Positions 40,283 through 49,768 are shown, numbered from the stretch's first letter. The stretch is 64,000 bases of DNA from an uncultured Acidobacteriota bacterium (GCA_913043225.1 CAJWLU010000001.1:288001-352000), one strand, 5' to 3'. The notes: generated by a model from the letters alone, not told the origin. Program-made: numbers and translations.

Positions 40283-42643
40283 CTAGCGGGGGCCCCCACC
40301 CACGGTGAAGCCGACATAGAACTCACGCCCCGGCGACGGCTCGAAGTAGCGGCCACCCCATGCGTTGGTAATCCCCGAAGAGTTGTAGCGCTCATCGAAG
40401 ATGTTGTCGAAGCCGACGAACGGCCGCACATCGACGTCACCGATCTGCGCGTCCCAGCCGAAGCGGAGGTCGACTACCGTATAGGCCCAGTTGAACACCG
40501 TGTTGGCGTTGTTCAGAGCGTAGTCGTCGTTCCAGCGCACGGTCGCGCCAGAGCGCAAACCGAAGGGCGCGGTGTAGTTGAACCCTGCGAATAAACGGTG
40601 GGGCACCGCACCCGGCTCGAGCATGCCGGAGAAGTCGTTCCCCTCGGGCGTGAAGTTCTCGAACACGAAGTCCTGATAGGTGTAGGCGACGCGAACGTCG
40701 AAGCTAGAGGTCGGCACCCAGTCAAGCGCCAGTTCGAACCCGTCGCGCGAGGTCTCTCCGGCGTTGCGGAAAAACGTTTCTTCGGTGATCGGGCTCTGGA
40801 ACGGCACCAGGGCACTATCGACGGTCGAGAAATAAACGGCCACCTCGTAGCGAAGCCGAGCCGCCTCGGCGAGACCGCGGACACCCACCTCGAAGCTCTG
40901 GAGATCCTGCGGCTCCAGATTCTGGTTGAATCCCCCCGAGCCGTCCTCGGTGTTCGACAGCTCGACGGTGGTCGGCGTCTCGTAGGCGGTCGAGAAGTTC
41001 CCGAACAAGTTCACCCCGGGCGCAGCAGCGAACGTAATGCCCACCGAGGGGCTCACCGCATTCATGGTGCGCTCGCCAGACTGGTCGCCATCGTCCAGCT
41101 TCCGGTCTCCGGCCTGGAAATCGTAGTAGTCCCAGCGCACGCCGGCACTGAGGCGGACCCGGTCTGTCGGCGAGATGCCGATCTGGGCGAACGGACCGGC
41201 CGACATTACTTCCTCGGTCTGGTCCACGAGCAGACTGCCGCTGGTAGCTCGCCCCCCGGCTGTAGTCGGCGCGACCTGCCTAAACTCCATTCGGTCGTCG
41301 TTCTGTGAGGCCACGTCGAGGCCGGCAGCCCAATCGATGCCGGTGCCGCCGCGTTGCGTGCTGCCGATGTACTCGGAACGGAACCCGAATCCGTTCCGAC
41401 CGAGGTCGACGTTCCGAAACGCACCGACGGCGCCCAGATCCCGCCACATGCCCCAACCAGTGGCACGAAACACCTGGGTTCCGCTCAGCCGGTGCTCGAG
41501 GGTGATGCCGCCTTGTCCCTGGGTCGCGGCCTCGCCCCAGTTCCGAGACGCGGCGACGCCTCGGGCCAAACACGCGCCAGACAGGCAGTTTCCGTCGCTA
41601 CCGCGGACCGGATCCCCGCGCGCATCAGACTCGTTAAGGAAACTCGGACTCTCGGCAAAAGGCGAATCGTAGAGGTTGAAGATGCCCCGGATTTCGGTGT
41701 CGGCGCCTAGTTCATGCCGCATGACGAAATTGGCCTGTGTAATCTCGGCCGCGCCATTGTCCCGAAAACCGTCAGTTCCAAAACGGCTGGCACTCAACAT
41801 GAACTGCGTACTCGCGCTGCCGCCGTCGACCCGCAGTTGCTGGCGGTTGTAGCCATAGCTACCGAACTGTACGTCGGGGCGAATGGTCAGGGCCCTCGAC
41901 TCGTCAAACGTGGTCTGTAGATTGATCACGCCGCCCGCCGCGTTGCCATAGAGTACCGAGCTCGGCCCACGGATGACGTCGATCCGGCCCACCGACCCGA
42001 GGTCCACGTTGCCCGGCTCAGTCGTCCCGTCCGCGGTCGTGATCGGAATGCCGTCCTGGATGATCGCCACCCCGCGTAGGCCGAAGCGAGGCTGCGGAGC
42101 GCGGATGCTGAGTCCAATGCCCCCAGACAACCCGTAGTTGCGACGGTTCTGCACGTAGAGCCCGGGAATACCGCGGAGCGCCTCGTCGAGCGACGATCGG
42201 CGCTGAGCAAACTCGATCTGGTCCCTGGACACGACGGCAACTGAATTCGGGACGCCTGAGAGATCCTGGTCGGTCCGGGTAACAATGACCGTCTCATCAA
42301 GCGGCGCCAGCCCGAGGGTCATATCGACCGTCACGGCCACGTTTGCCACGGTCGTGGGCTGCTCTTCGCTCCCGAACCCAGGCAGCACGCCCCGCACGGC
42401 ATAGGTACCGGCCGGCAGATTCAGGATCTCGTAGCGGCCAAGACCGTCGCTCACACCCAAGTGGACCGATCCAGTCGAGGTCGCGGTCGCCGTCACGGTG
42501 ACCCCGGGCAGCACGGCGCCGCTCTCGTCACGCGTGACTCCTTCGATTCGTCCTGACTGCGCAGCTACCTCTGAGACCAACACAACAACCAGCAGCATGG
42601 CCACCCATGCCCCCAACTTCAACAAGTGCCAAACGGTACTCAT
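40283..42643 (-). CDS. TonB-dependent receptor, YncD/PqqU-like
   Basis: Plug PGLYVQNRRNY...FGLRG...DGIP.T.ADG...RGPSSVLYGNAAGGVI; AYETPT..EL; C-terminal GRYFEPSPGR; N-terminal carboxypeptidase-regulatory-like domain. Start 42643 or 42598. Confidence 0.9.
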   Translation of the reverse strand: MSTVWHLLKLGAWVAMLLVVVLVSEVAAQSGRIEGVTRDESGAVLPGVTVTATATSTGSVHLGVSDGLGRYEILNLPAGTYAVRGVLPGFGSEEQPTTVANVAVTVDMTLGLAPLDETVIVTRTDQDLSGVPNSVAVVSRDQIEFAQRRSSLDEALRGIPGLYVQNRRNYGLSGGIGLSIRAPQPRFGLRGVAIIQDGIPITTADGTTEPGNVDLGSVGRIDVIRGPSSVLYGNAAGGVINLQTTFDESRALTIRPDVQFGSYGYNRQQLRVDGGSASTQFMLSASRFGTDGFRDNGAAEITQANFVMRHELGADTEIRGIFNLYDSPFAESPSFLNESDARGDPVRGSDGNCLSGACLARGVAASRNWGEAATQGQGGITLEHRLSGTQVFRATGWGMWRDLGAVGAFRNVDLGRNGFGFRSEYIGSTQRGGTGIDWAAGLDVASQNDDRMEFRQVAPTTAGGRATSGSLLVDQTEEVMSAGPFAQIGISPTDRVRLSAGVRWDYYDFQAGDRKLDDGDQSGERTMNAVSPSVGITFAAAPGVNLFGNFSTAYETPTTVELSNTEDGSGGFNQNLEPQDLQSFEVGVRGLAEAARLRYEVAVYFSTVDSALVPFQSPITEETFFRNAGETSRDGFELALDWVPTSSFDVRVAYTYQDFVFENFTPEGNDFSGMLEPGAVPHRLFAGFNYTAPFGLRSGATVRWNDDYALNNANTVFNWAYTVVDLRFGWDAQIGDVDVRPFVGFDNIFDERYNSSGITNAWGGRYFEPSPGREFYVGFTVGGGPR

Positions 42644-42804
42644 TTTCACGAATCCCCCCCCCCAAATTATTTTCGATACACGCATGCACCGACGGCATCC
42701 TCGAAAAACAAACACCGACGGAACACGGGCCTTGATCGAAGCACTCCTCGAAGCCCCTTGTGTCGTACTCTTCCGAGCAACTCAACTACCTACCAGCAGA
42801 CCGG

Positions 42805-44991
42805 TCAGTTCGCCAGCGGGTCGGGACGCATCTGGAACTTCACGATGCCCGGCTTCACGCCCTGGCCACCCTCGATATGCCAGGTTGCCGCTTCGCCGTA
42901 GGTGGCCCACAAGCCACGTCCCTTCCAGCCGGCGTCTGGATCATCAATCCGACCATCGAGCCCACGAGTGAAGAACCCTTGCGGGTACGGCACCCGGAGG
43001 ACAGTCCACTCACCGGAGTCAGGATCAAGAGCCAGCAACGAGTCGGAGTTGGAGCCGGTCGCAATCGGCACGTCGGCACCCAGGCCAAGGACATTCCACT
43101 GGTCCACCCAGTTGTAGTAGTGGAAGTCAGCTCGCACCGGTGGGTCGGTGCCCGCAATGATCGGGCCCGGCGTTTCATAGAGGGTCCATCCTTCGACACA
43201 GTGCCTCCCCTGGGACGTCTCTGGCCCGTTGTGCACCTCGCACTTCGTGCGGTCGAAGCTGGCCAGATGGCTACTTCCGGACAACGCCGTCCAGATCACG
43301 CCATCGCGGTCTATGTCGACACCCCGCGCCCCGAAGCCCCGCTTCTCGGGCGGCACGCTCGAGTCGAATACCGAAGGCACCTCGAAGATCTCAGTCGCGC
43401 ACGTCTCCGGCGGATTGTCGCCGATGTCGAGACGCGCCAGCGTACCGGGGAACCGATTGGCGCTAATCCACACCACCCGATCGTCGGTCGGATCGCCGAT
43501 GACCCCGTAGCTCCCCACGATCACGCGGGTATCGAGGCTCAGGTCGGGCGTGGCCTCCTGGCCGCGTCGCGCCGGCTCATTCCACGGCTTGGTGATACGG
43601 CCATCGCCATTGGTGTCGATGACCGTGGGGCACCAACCCTGCGACGCGCGCTCGTCACCCGTCTCATCGTAGAGCTTGGTGTCAATCCAGCCGACGACCT
43701 GACCGCCGCCGCTGAAATACAGCGTGTCGTTCTCGTCCTCGGCAAACTGAAGATGGTGGGTCCCGAAGCAGGTGTCCACCATGACGAACTTCTGAGTCGG
43801 CGGGTCGTAGTACACGGCTGAGCGGAACCCGTTGTCGAGCGGGAAGTACTGGGCGAACGCGTTGTCCGACCCCTCGCGGCAATAGTCCGGATTCGCGCGA
43901 TTTCGGATCGCCGAGGTCATCCAGACCCGCCCCTTCTGGTCCATCATCGGATTGTGTGGGTTGGCTGGGTCGTTCCAGATGAGTTCATCGCCAAAGAAGC
44001 GCGATGGCACGGGCATCGACTGGGCGATCATGCCGGGCACCGTGGCCGGATCGACCCGCAACGGCACCTTCAGATTCGTGGCTAGGTGCGTGGTCGGGTC
44101 GAGCATGGTCAGCTCATCGTTCGAGATGTTGACGCCGTAGATCGGCCCATTGGCGTTGACCTGCGGATTCCGCTTGTCGGTGGCGATCTCGTCGTGGACG
44201 TAGTCGATCTCAGTACCCCACTCCCACATCGAGATAACGACGTTGCGTTCGATTCCCTGGGGACGCGGCGGTGCGCTCGGAACCGCACCTGACGCGATAC
44301 GCTCGCTCCAGTCGGCGAACATCTGCAGCCCGCGCTGACGACCGAAGCGATTCATGGCGTTGGTCATCTGCGAGCCGCGCTGCCCCATCTGCACCCGGTG
44401 GTCCCAGGCGGCCAAGGTGGAGTCGAACTGGTCGAGGTTGTCGATCTCGCGGATGATGCGGTTCCCCAGCTGGTGACAGAGCATGCAGCCCTGCTTCTGG
44501 ATGTCGACCCACTGCTCCTGGTGCTCGAGCGTGGCAGCGATGCCGTTCCCGTCGTCGCCTGTACCGGGAAACTCTCTCGCCAACGGCGGCTGGATCAGCG
44601 AATACCAGTAGTTGGCCGGGTAAACGCGGGCAGCATCGACCGGATCGGTAGCGACCGTGACCTCAAGCTCAATGCTGTCCCCGGGCGATGCAGTGACGCC
44701 CGCCGAATCGAGTAGCCCGTAGCCACGGACCCACACCTTGTAGCTGGCCGCCGGAAGCTCGGGGATCAGGAAACGACCACCGTCGGTGGTCACCACGCTC
44801 TTGATGAGCTTCGTGGGGAGGTCGGTGGTCTCGGCGATGACCCAGACGCCCGCTTCGGGCCCCAGGGAACTGGTCACCGTACCGGCGATGTCCCCTTCCG
44901 CCGCCCGACCGGGTACGCTAGCCCACACCAACGAGAGACCGACGAGCGCCGACGTCGCCAGCGCTCCAGCGATACGATTCGTTTTCGTCAT
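42805..44991 (-). CDS. large secreted heme-c protein of unknown function; paralog of 17906-20107
   Basis: Signal peptide; GPEAGVWVIAET; CMLCH at 44473-44487; HDEI, PHNPM, DTCFGTHHLQF, DTNGDG, FHYY; ends RPDPLA like its paralog. Confidence 0.88.
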   Translation of the reverse strand: MTKTNRIAGALATSALVGLSLVWASVPGRAAEGDIAGTVTSSLGPEAGVWVIAETTDLPTKLIKSVVTTDGGRFLIPELPAASYKVWVRGYGLLDSAGVTASPGDSIELEVTVATDPVDAARVYPANYWYSLIQPPLAREFPGTGDDGNGIAATLEHQEQWVDIQKQGCMLCHQLGNRIIREIDNLDQFDSTLAAWDHRVQMGQRGSQMTNAMNRFGRQRGLQMFADWSERIASGAVPSAPPRPQGIERNVVISMWEWGTEIDYVHDEIATDKRNPQVNANGPIYGVNISNDELTMLDPTTHLATNLKVPLRVDPATVPGMIAQSMPVPSRFFGDELIWNDPANPHNPMMDQKGRVWMTSAIRNRANPDYCREGSDNAFAQYFPLDNGFRSAVYYDPPTQKFVMVDTCFGTHHLQFAEDENDTLYFSGGGQVVGWIDTKLYDETGDERASQGWCPTVIDTNGDGRITKPWNEPARRGQEATPDLSLDTRVIVGSYGVIGDPTDDRVVWISANRFPGTLARLDIGDNPPETCATEIFEVPSVFDSSVPPEKRGFGARGVDIDRDGVIWTALSGSSHLASFDRTKCEVHNGPETSQGRHCVEGWTLYETPGPIIAGTDPPVRADFHYYNWVDQWNVLGLGADVPIATGSNSDSLLALDPDSGEWTVLRVPYPQGFFTRGLDGRIDDPDAGWKGRGLWATYGEAATWHIEGGQGVKPGIVKFQMRPDPLAN

Positions 44992-45038
44992 GGCGAACTC
45001 CCTCGTCCCTACCCCCAAGCGTCCTAGGTTCCGTGCCT

Positions 45039-45410
45039 CTACTTGCGTGAGGCGATCCAGTCTCCGGTGCCATACCAGGAGAAGCTTCCGCTCGCGCCCT
45101 GGATGAAGCCTCCGCTCACTTCGCCCTCGAAACTGATCGGCTGATCGCCGTCAAGGTCCGGTACGACCACAGTGAAGGTTAGTGCCGAACCGTCGAGGGT
45201 CCCGTCCACCGAAAGGATCTCTCGATCACCGATGTCGATCTCTCCGCCGATACCGGTGCCGTTCTGCTCGAACCGCGCCTGCCAAGTGGTCTCACCCGTC
45301 TGGGTCCGCAAGGTCATCTCCCACTCACCGGTGAGACCACCCTGACCCAACAACGGTGCACCAAGCACCGCGGTGGCCGCCAAGACGACCATCGCCAGAC
45401 GTTGGACCAT
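45039..45410 (-). CDS. small secreted beta-rich protein
   Basis: SD GGAGGAG, signal peptide, LTGEW...LTFTV pattern; 47 nt upstream of the heme-c gene on the same strand. Confidence 0.75.
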   Translation of the reverse strand: MVQRLAMVVLAATAVLGAPLLGQGGLTGEWEMTLRTQTGETTWQARFEQNGTGIGGEIDIGDREILSVDGTLDGSALTFTVVVPDLDGDQPISFEGEVSGGFIQGASGSFSWYGTGDWIASRK

Positions 45411-45443
45411 TGTCACTCCTCCACTTTGACAACGAAAACGGTC

Positions 45444-45472
45444 ATTCTATGCGTCACCCTGTTGAGGGTCAA
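45444..45472 (-). promoter_or_regulatory. putative sigma70 promoter for the 45410/44991 transcript
   Basis: Minus strand TTGACC-17 nt-TAGAAT, near consensus. Confidence 0.65.
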
Positions 45473-45619
45473 GAAGGCAAGCCTCTGTCGCTCAATAGAT
45501 TAGCCGTAGTTTGGCGGACGCTGGCGAGAGCTACTCGTCCACCCCAGGGGGCGGACGTCGAACCCGCGACGCCACGGCGCTTGACGCCGACCCGAATCCG
45601 AACGATCCTACGCGCCCCA

Positions 45620-47128
45620 ATGACGACAGAAACGACTGTTGCGAACGTTCCCTACTGGATCAACGGCCGTCAGGCGACCCCCAAAGACGCCCGGCGACTT
45701 CCGGTCACCGACTCGGCAACCGGCGAGGTGGTCCGTAAGGTCCCCTGCGCAGACGCCACCGACATCGACCTGGCGGTGGAAAGCGCAAAGGCGGCCTTCG
45801 CCGGCTGGCGCGCCACGCCTCCGTTACGGCGAGCGCGCATCCTCATGCGGTTCCGGGACCTCCTAGTACAGCACAAGAGCCAGATAGCCGCGGTCGTGAC
45901 CGAGGAACACGGCAAGACCCTCGAGGACGCCGAAGGCTCAGTGCAGCGCGGTCTCGAGGTGGTCGAGTTCGCCACCGGCATCCCGCACCTCCTCAAGGGC
46001 GAGCACTCGGAGGACGTGGGCGCCGGGATCGACTCGCACACCGTGCGACAGCCTCTCGGGGTGTGCGCCGGCATCACGCCATTTAACTTCCCGGTAATGT
46101 GCCCACTCTGGATGATTCCGGTTGCGCTGGCCTGCGGAAACACGTTCATCCTCAAGCCGTCTGAGAAAGACCCGTCGGCCAGTGTGATGCTCGCGCACCT
46201 GTTAAAGGAGGCTGGACTACCAGACGGCGTGCTAAATGTGGTTCAGGGTGACAAGGAGGCCGTGAACGCGCTGCTCCAGCATCCCGGCATCGCCGCAGTC
46301 TCCTTTGTTGGCTCGACCCCGATCGCCCGCCACGTCTACGAAACCGGAACGGCCGCGGGCAAGCGCGTGCAGGCGCTCGGCGGCGCCAAGAACCATGCAG
46401 TAGTACTCCCAGACGCCGACCTCGACGGAGCAGCAGATGCGCTGATCGGGGCCGGGTACGGTTCGGCCGGCGAGCGCTGCATGGCGATCTCGGCCATCGT
46501 GGCGGTCGGCGAAGCGGGCGACGCACTTGTGTCGAAGCTGTCCGAGCGTGCCCAGGCGCTCTCGGTCGGCCCTGGCGACCGAGAAGGCGTGCAGATGGGC
46601 CCGCTCATCACCGCCGAACACGCAGCCCGGGTCACGGGCTACATCGACACCGGCGCTGACGAAGGCGCCAAGGTGATTGTAGACGGGCGCGGTCTGGTCG
46701 TGGCCGGCCATGAAAAGGGACACTTCGTCGGCCCCACCCTGTTCGACCAGGTGACCGACGAGATGACGATCTACCGGGACGAGATCTTCGGTCCGGTGCT
46801 GGTCGTGCTGCGGACCGAGACCCTCGGCGAGGCGATCGACCTGATCAACCGGAACCCCTACGGGAACGGCACCGCAGTCTTTACCCGGTCGGGCGCCGCC
46901 GCGCGGCGGTTCGCCAATGAGATCCAGGTAGGCATGGTGGGCGTTAATGTTCCGATCCCGGTACCGATGGCGTTCTTCTCGTTCGGCGGCTGGAAGAGCT
47001 CGCTCTTCGGCGACCTCCACGTGCACGGTCCGGAGGGCGTAAAGTTCTACACCAGGACCAAGGTGGTCACGACTCGCTGGCCCGTCCATCAGGACGGGGT
47101 CAGCCTGACCATGCCGACCATGAAGTAG
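45620..47128 (+). CDS. mmsA: CoA-acylating (methyl)malonate-semialdehyde dehydrogenase
   Basis: Motifs ITPFNFP, KPSEKDP, SFVGST, GGAKNH, GSAGERCMA, GVNVPIPVP. ATG 45620 preferred. Confidence 0.94.
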   Translation: MTTETTVANVPYWINGRQATPKDARRLPVTDSATGEVVRKVPCADATDIDLAVESAKAAFAGWRATPPLRRARILMRFRDLLVQHKSQIAAVVTEEHGKTLEDAEGSVQRGLEVVEFATGIPHLLKGEHSEDVGAGIDSHTVRQPLGVCAGITPFNFPVMCPLWMIPVALACGNTFILKPSEKDPSASVMLAHLLKEAGLPDGVLNVVQGDKEAVNALLQHPGIAAVSFVGSTPIARHVYETGTAAGKRVQALGGAKNHAVVLPDADLDGAADALIGAGYGSAGERCMAISAIVAVGEAGDALVSKLSERAQALSVGPGDREGVQMGPLITAEHAARVTGYIDTGADEGAKVIVDGRGLVVAGHEKGHFVGPTLFDQVTDEMTIYRDEIFGPVLVVLRTETLGEAIDLINRNPYGNGTAVFTRSGAAARRFANEIQVGMVGVNVPIPVPMAFFSFGGWKSSLFGDLHVHGPEGVKFYTRTKVVTTRWPVHQDGVSLTMPTMK

Positions 47129-47134
47129 GACAAA

Positions 47135-48352
47135 ATGGCTGATACCCCCGCCGGCAATCGCTGGAGACCTCTGATCGGTGGCACCCTGCTCAACCTGGTG
47201 CTCGGGTCGTTCTACGCTTGGAGCGTGTTCGTCCTGCCTCTCGAGCAAGAATTCGGATGGGCTCGGTCCGAGACATCGCTGACTTTCAGCATCGGCATCC
47301 TCACGATGGCGGTGACCTTCGTCTTCGCCGGGCGACTGCACGCGACGGTCGGTTTCCGTCCGCTAGCGGCGATCGGAGGCATCCTATTTAGCATCGGATT
47401 CTTCCTGGCCAGCTTCACGTCGTCGCTGACCGTGCTCTATGTCGCCTATGGCCTGATCGCGGGAGCTGGCAACGGCATCGGCTATTCGATTGCGACCCCG
47501 GTCGTGACCAAGTGGTTCCCCGACAAGAGAGGCCTGGCCATTGGGATCGCGGTCGGCGGCTACGGCGCTGGGTCTGGCGTCTTCGGGCCGATCGCCGACG
47601 AGATCCTGATCCCACGGATGGGATGGGAGACCACCTTCCGGATCTACGGCGTGGTGTTCCTGGCGATCGCGCTGGTAGCCGCCTGGATGCTGAAACCTGC
47701 GCCAGATGGGTATGCCCCGGAGGGCTGGGACCCGAGCCAGCTGAAGGCGGCCGTCACCCCGGTCGGTCGCGACATCACGCCCGGCGAGATGCTCCGCGGC
47801 AACAGCTTCTACTTCCTGTTCCTGGCCTATTTCTTCGGAGCGATCGCCGGACTGGGTCTCATCAGTCAACTGGTGCCGTTCGGCACCTCGGTAGGCATCG
47901 GGAGCGTGGCCCTGATTGGCCTGGTGGTGGGCGCGATCGGCAACACCACTGGACGGGTGCTATCGGGCGCCATGTCCGACAACATAGGCCGTCTGAACGT
48001 CCTTCGCCTCATGGTCGTCGTCTCGGCGGTGGCCATGCCGCTCCTCTATCTCCTCGGGTCCAACGTGCTGTTCTTCGTGGTCGGCGTCTTCGCGGTCTAC
48101 TACTGCTACGGCACCCTGCTCGCCGTCTTCGCGGCAACATCGGCCGACTTCTACGGCACCAAGCACTTCGGCGTAAACTACGGCCTGTTGTTCCTCGCCT
48201 GGGGCATCGCGGCGGTGGCCGGTTCGCAGCTCGCAGGCTTCGTCTTCGACACTTTCGGCAACTATCAGTACGCGTTCTTCGGCGCGGCGGTACTGTCCAT
48301 CATGTCACTAGGCTGCCTCTACAAGGCAAAGAGCCCAGCCCGCGCCGCTTAG
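47135..48352 (+). CDS. MFS transporter, oxalate/formate antiporter (OFA) family
   Basis: YAWSVF, KWFPDKRGLA.G...GYG, DFYGTKHFGVNYG; about 12 TM segments. Confidence 0.9.
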   Translation: MADTPAGNRWRPLIGGTLLNLVLGSFYAWSVFVLPLEQEFGWARSETSLTFSIGILTMAVTFVFAGRLHATVGFRPLAAIGGILFSIGFFLASFTSSLTVLYVAYGLIAGAGNGIGYSIATPVVTKWFPDKRGLAIGIAVGGYGAGSGVFGPIADEILIPRMGWETTFRIYGVVFLAIALVAAWMLKPAPDGYAPEGWDPSQLKAAVTPVGRDITPGEMLRGNSFYFLFLAYFFGAIAGLGLISQLVPFGTSVGIGSVALIGLVVGAIGNTTGRVLSGAMSDNIGRLNVLRLMVVVSAVAMPLLYLLGSNVLFFVVGVFAVYYCYGTLLAVFAATSADFYGTKHFGVNYGLLFLAWGIAAVAGSQLAGFVFDTFGNYQYAFFGAAVLSIMSLGCLYKAKSPARAA

Positions 48353-48373
48353 GCGCTTCGAGTCTCGGAAACC

Positions 48374-49762
48374 ATGTCTTCAATCATTCGTCTCGTCGGC
48401 AACCTCGGTGACTCTCTGTCGCGCTTCACCCAGCGCTGGATTCCAGACTCGTGGGTCGTCTGCATGATGTTGACGGTCCTGGCGATGCTGCTAGCCGTGG
48501 CCGGCGCCGGAGCCGGGGTCAACGAAACGGTGCTCGCCTGGGGCGGCGGCATGTGGTCCCTGCTCACCCTGGCGATGCAGTTCACCATCGCTATGATCGC
48601 GGCGCACGCCTGCGTGTCATCCGGGCCGGCCTTCCGCTTTCTCGACTGGCTGGCCAGCCGCCCAGACGTGGAGCGACCCGTTCAGGCCGTGGTACTGCTC
48701 GGGCTCTACTCGATCATCATCGCCTACTTCAACTGGGCGGCCAGTGTCGTCGCATCGGCGCTCTTTGTCCCCTTCATAGCGCGGCGAAATCCGAAAGCCG
48801 ACATCCGCCTGCTGATCGCCGCGGCCTATCTGGGCATGGGCACGGTGTGGCACGGTGGACTATCTGGATCGGCGCCGCTCATCATGGCCACCTCCGGCAA
48901 CCCGATCACAACGGCCACCGGCGGTAACCCGGCGCTCGTCGACCGACTGTATCCAGTTACCGAGACGCTGTTCAACGCCTTCAACCTCACCTATCTGGTC
49001 ATCGTCGCAGCCGTCGGCCTTGGCATGGTCGCCATCCTGCATCCACGCCAAAACGCACGGACCCTGACCCCCGAAGAGATCGACCGGATGATGCCAGTCA
49101 TGCCGACTGAGGAGGAACCGACGACCCCCGCGGCGTCGATGGAGGCGTTCCGGGGCTGGACCCTGCTGGCCGTGGTACTGATCGGATACCCACTCGGCCA
49201 CTCCATCGTGACCCAGGGCTTCGGCGCCAGTTGGACCATCAACGCCTACAACGCGGTGTTCCTGATCGGCGCCCTGCTGCTCCAGGGCAGCCCGGCAAAT
49301 CTAGTCCGCGCCTTCGCCAACGGCGCCCGGACCGCCTCCGGGGTCATCTTGCAGTTCCCGTTCTATGCCGGGATCTTCGGGGTCATCAACGGCACGGGAC
49401 TGGGCGACTGGCTGGGCGACATCTTCGTCACTATCGCCACCACCGAGACTTACCCGCTGATCGTCTATGTCTACTCAGGCATCGTGAACGTGTTCGTGCC
49501 GTCAGGCGGATCGAAGTGGCTGATCGAGGCGCCCTATCTGCTGCCGGCTGCGCGGGAGTTGGCGGTGTCGCCGACCACCACCGTGCTGGCCTATGCCTAC
49601 GGCGACTCGACGAGTAACCTCATCCAGCCGTTCTGGGCGATCCCGATCCTGACCGTCACCCGGATGAAGTTCGGGGACGTGCTCGGCTACACCGGCCTGG
49701 TTGCGCTCGCGCTGTTCGCGGTAACGGTGATCGCCATGTTCCTCATCCCACCGATGCTCTAG
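48374..49762 (+). CDS. short-chain fatty acid transporter (AtoE family)
   Basis: Motifs RWIPD, GGLSGSAPL, QFPFYAGI, FVPSGG, AYGD..SNLIQPFWA. Confidence 0.9.
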   Translation: MSSIIRLVGNLGDSLSRFTQRWIPDSWVVCMMLTVLAMLLAVAGAGAGVNETVLAWGGGMWSLLTLAMQFTIAMIAAHACVSSGPAFRFLDWLASRPDVERPVQAVVLLGLYSIIIAYFNWAASVVASALFVPFIARRNPKADIRLLIAAAYLGMGTVWHGGLSGSAPLIMATSGNPITTATGGNPALVDRLYPVTETLFNAFNLTYLVIVAAVGLGMVAILHPRQNARTLTPEEIDRMMPVMPTEEEPTTPAASMEAFRGWTLLAVVLIGYPLGHSIVTQGFGASWTINAYNAVFLIGALLLQGSPANLVRAFANGARTASGVILQFPFYAGIFGVINGTGLGDWLGDIFVTIATTETYPLIVYVYSGIVNVFVPSGGSKWLIEAPYLLPAARELAVSPTTTVLAYAYGDSTSNLIQPFWAIPILTVTRMKFGDVLGYTGLVALALFAVTVIAMFLIPPML

Positions 49763-49768
49763 GAGTCC

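Noticed and set aside
45356..45619. N-terminal extension of MmsA
   Set aside because: It spans the divergent promoter and overlaps the opposite gene; the sequence is unlike the aldehyde dehydrogenase family.
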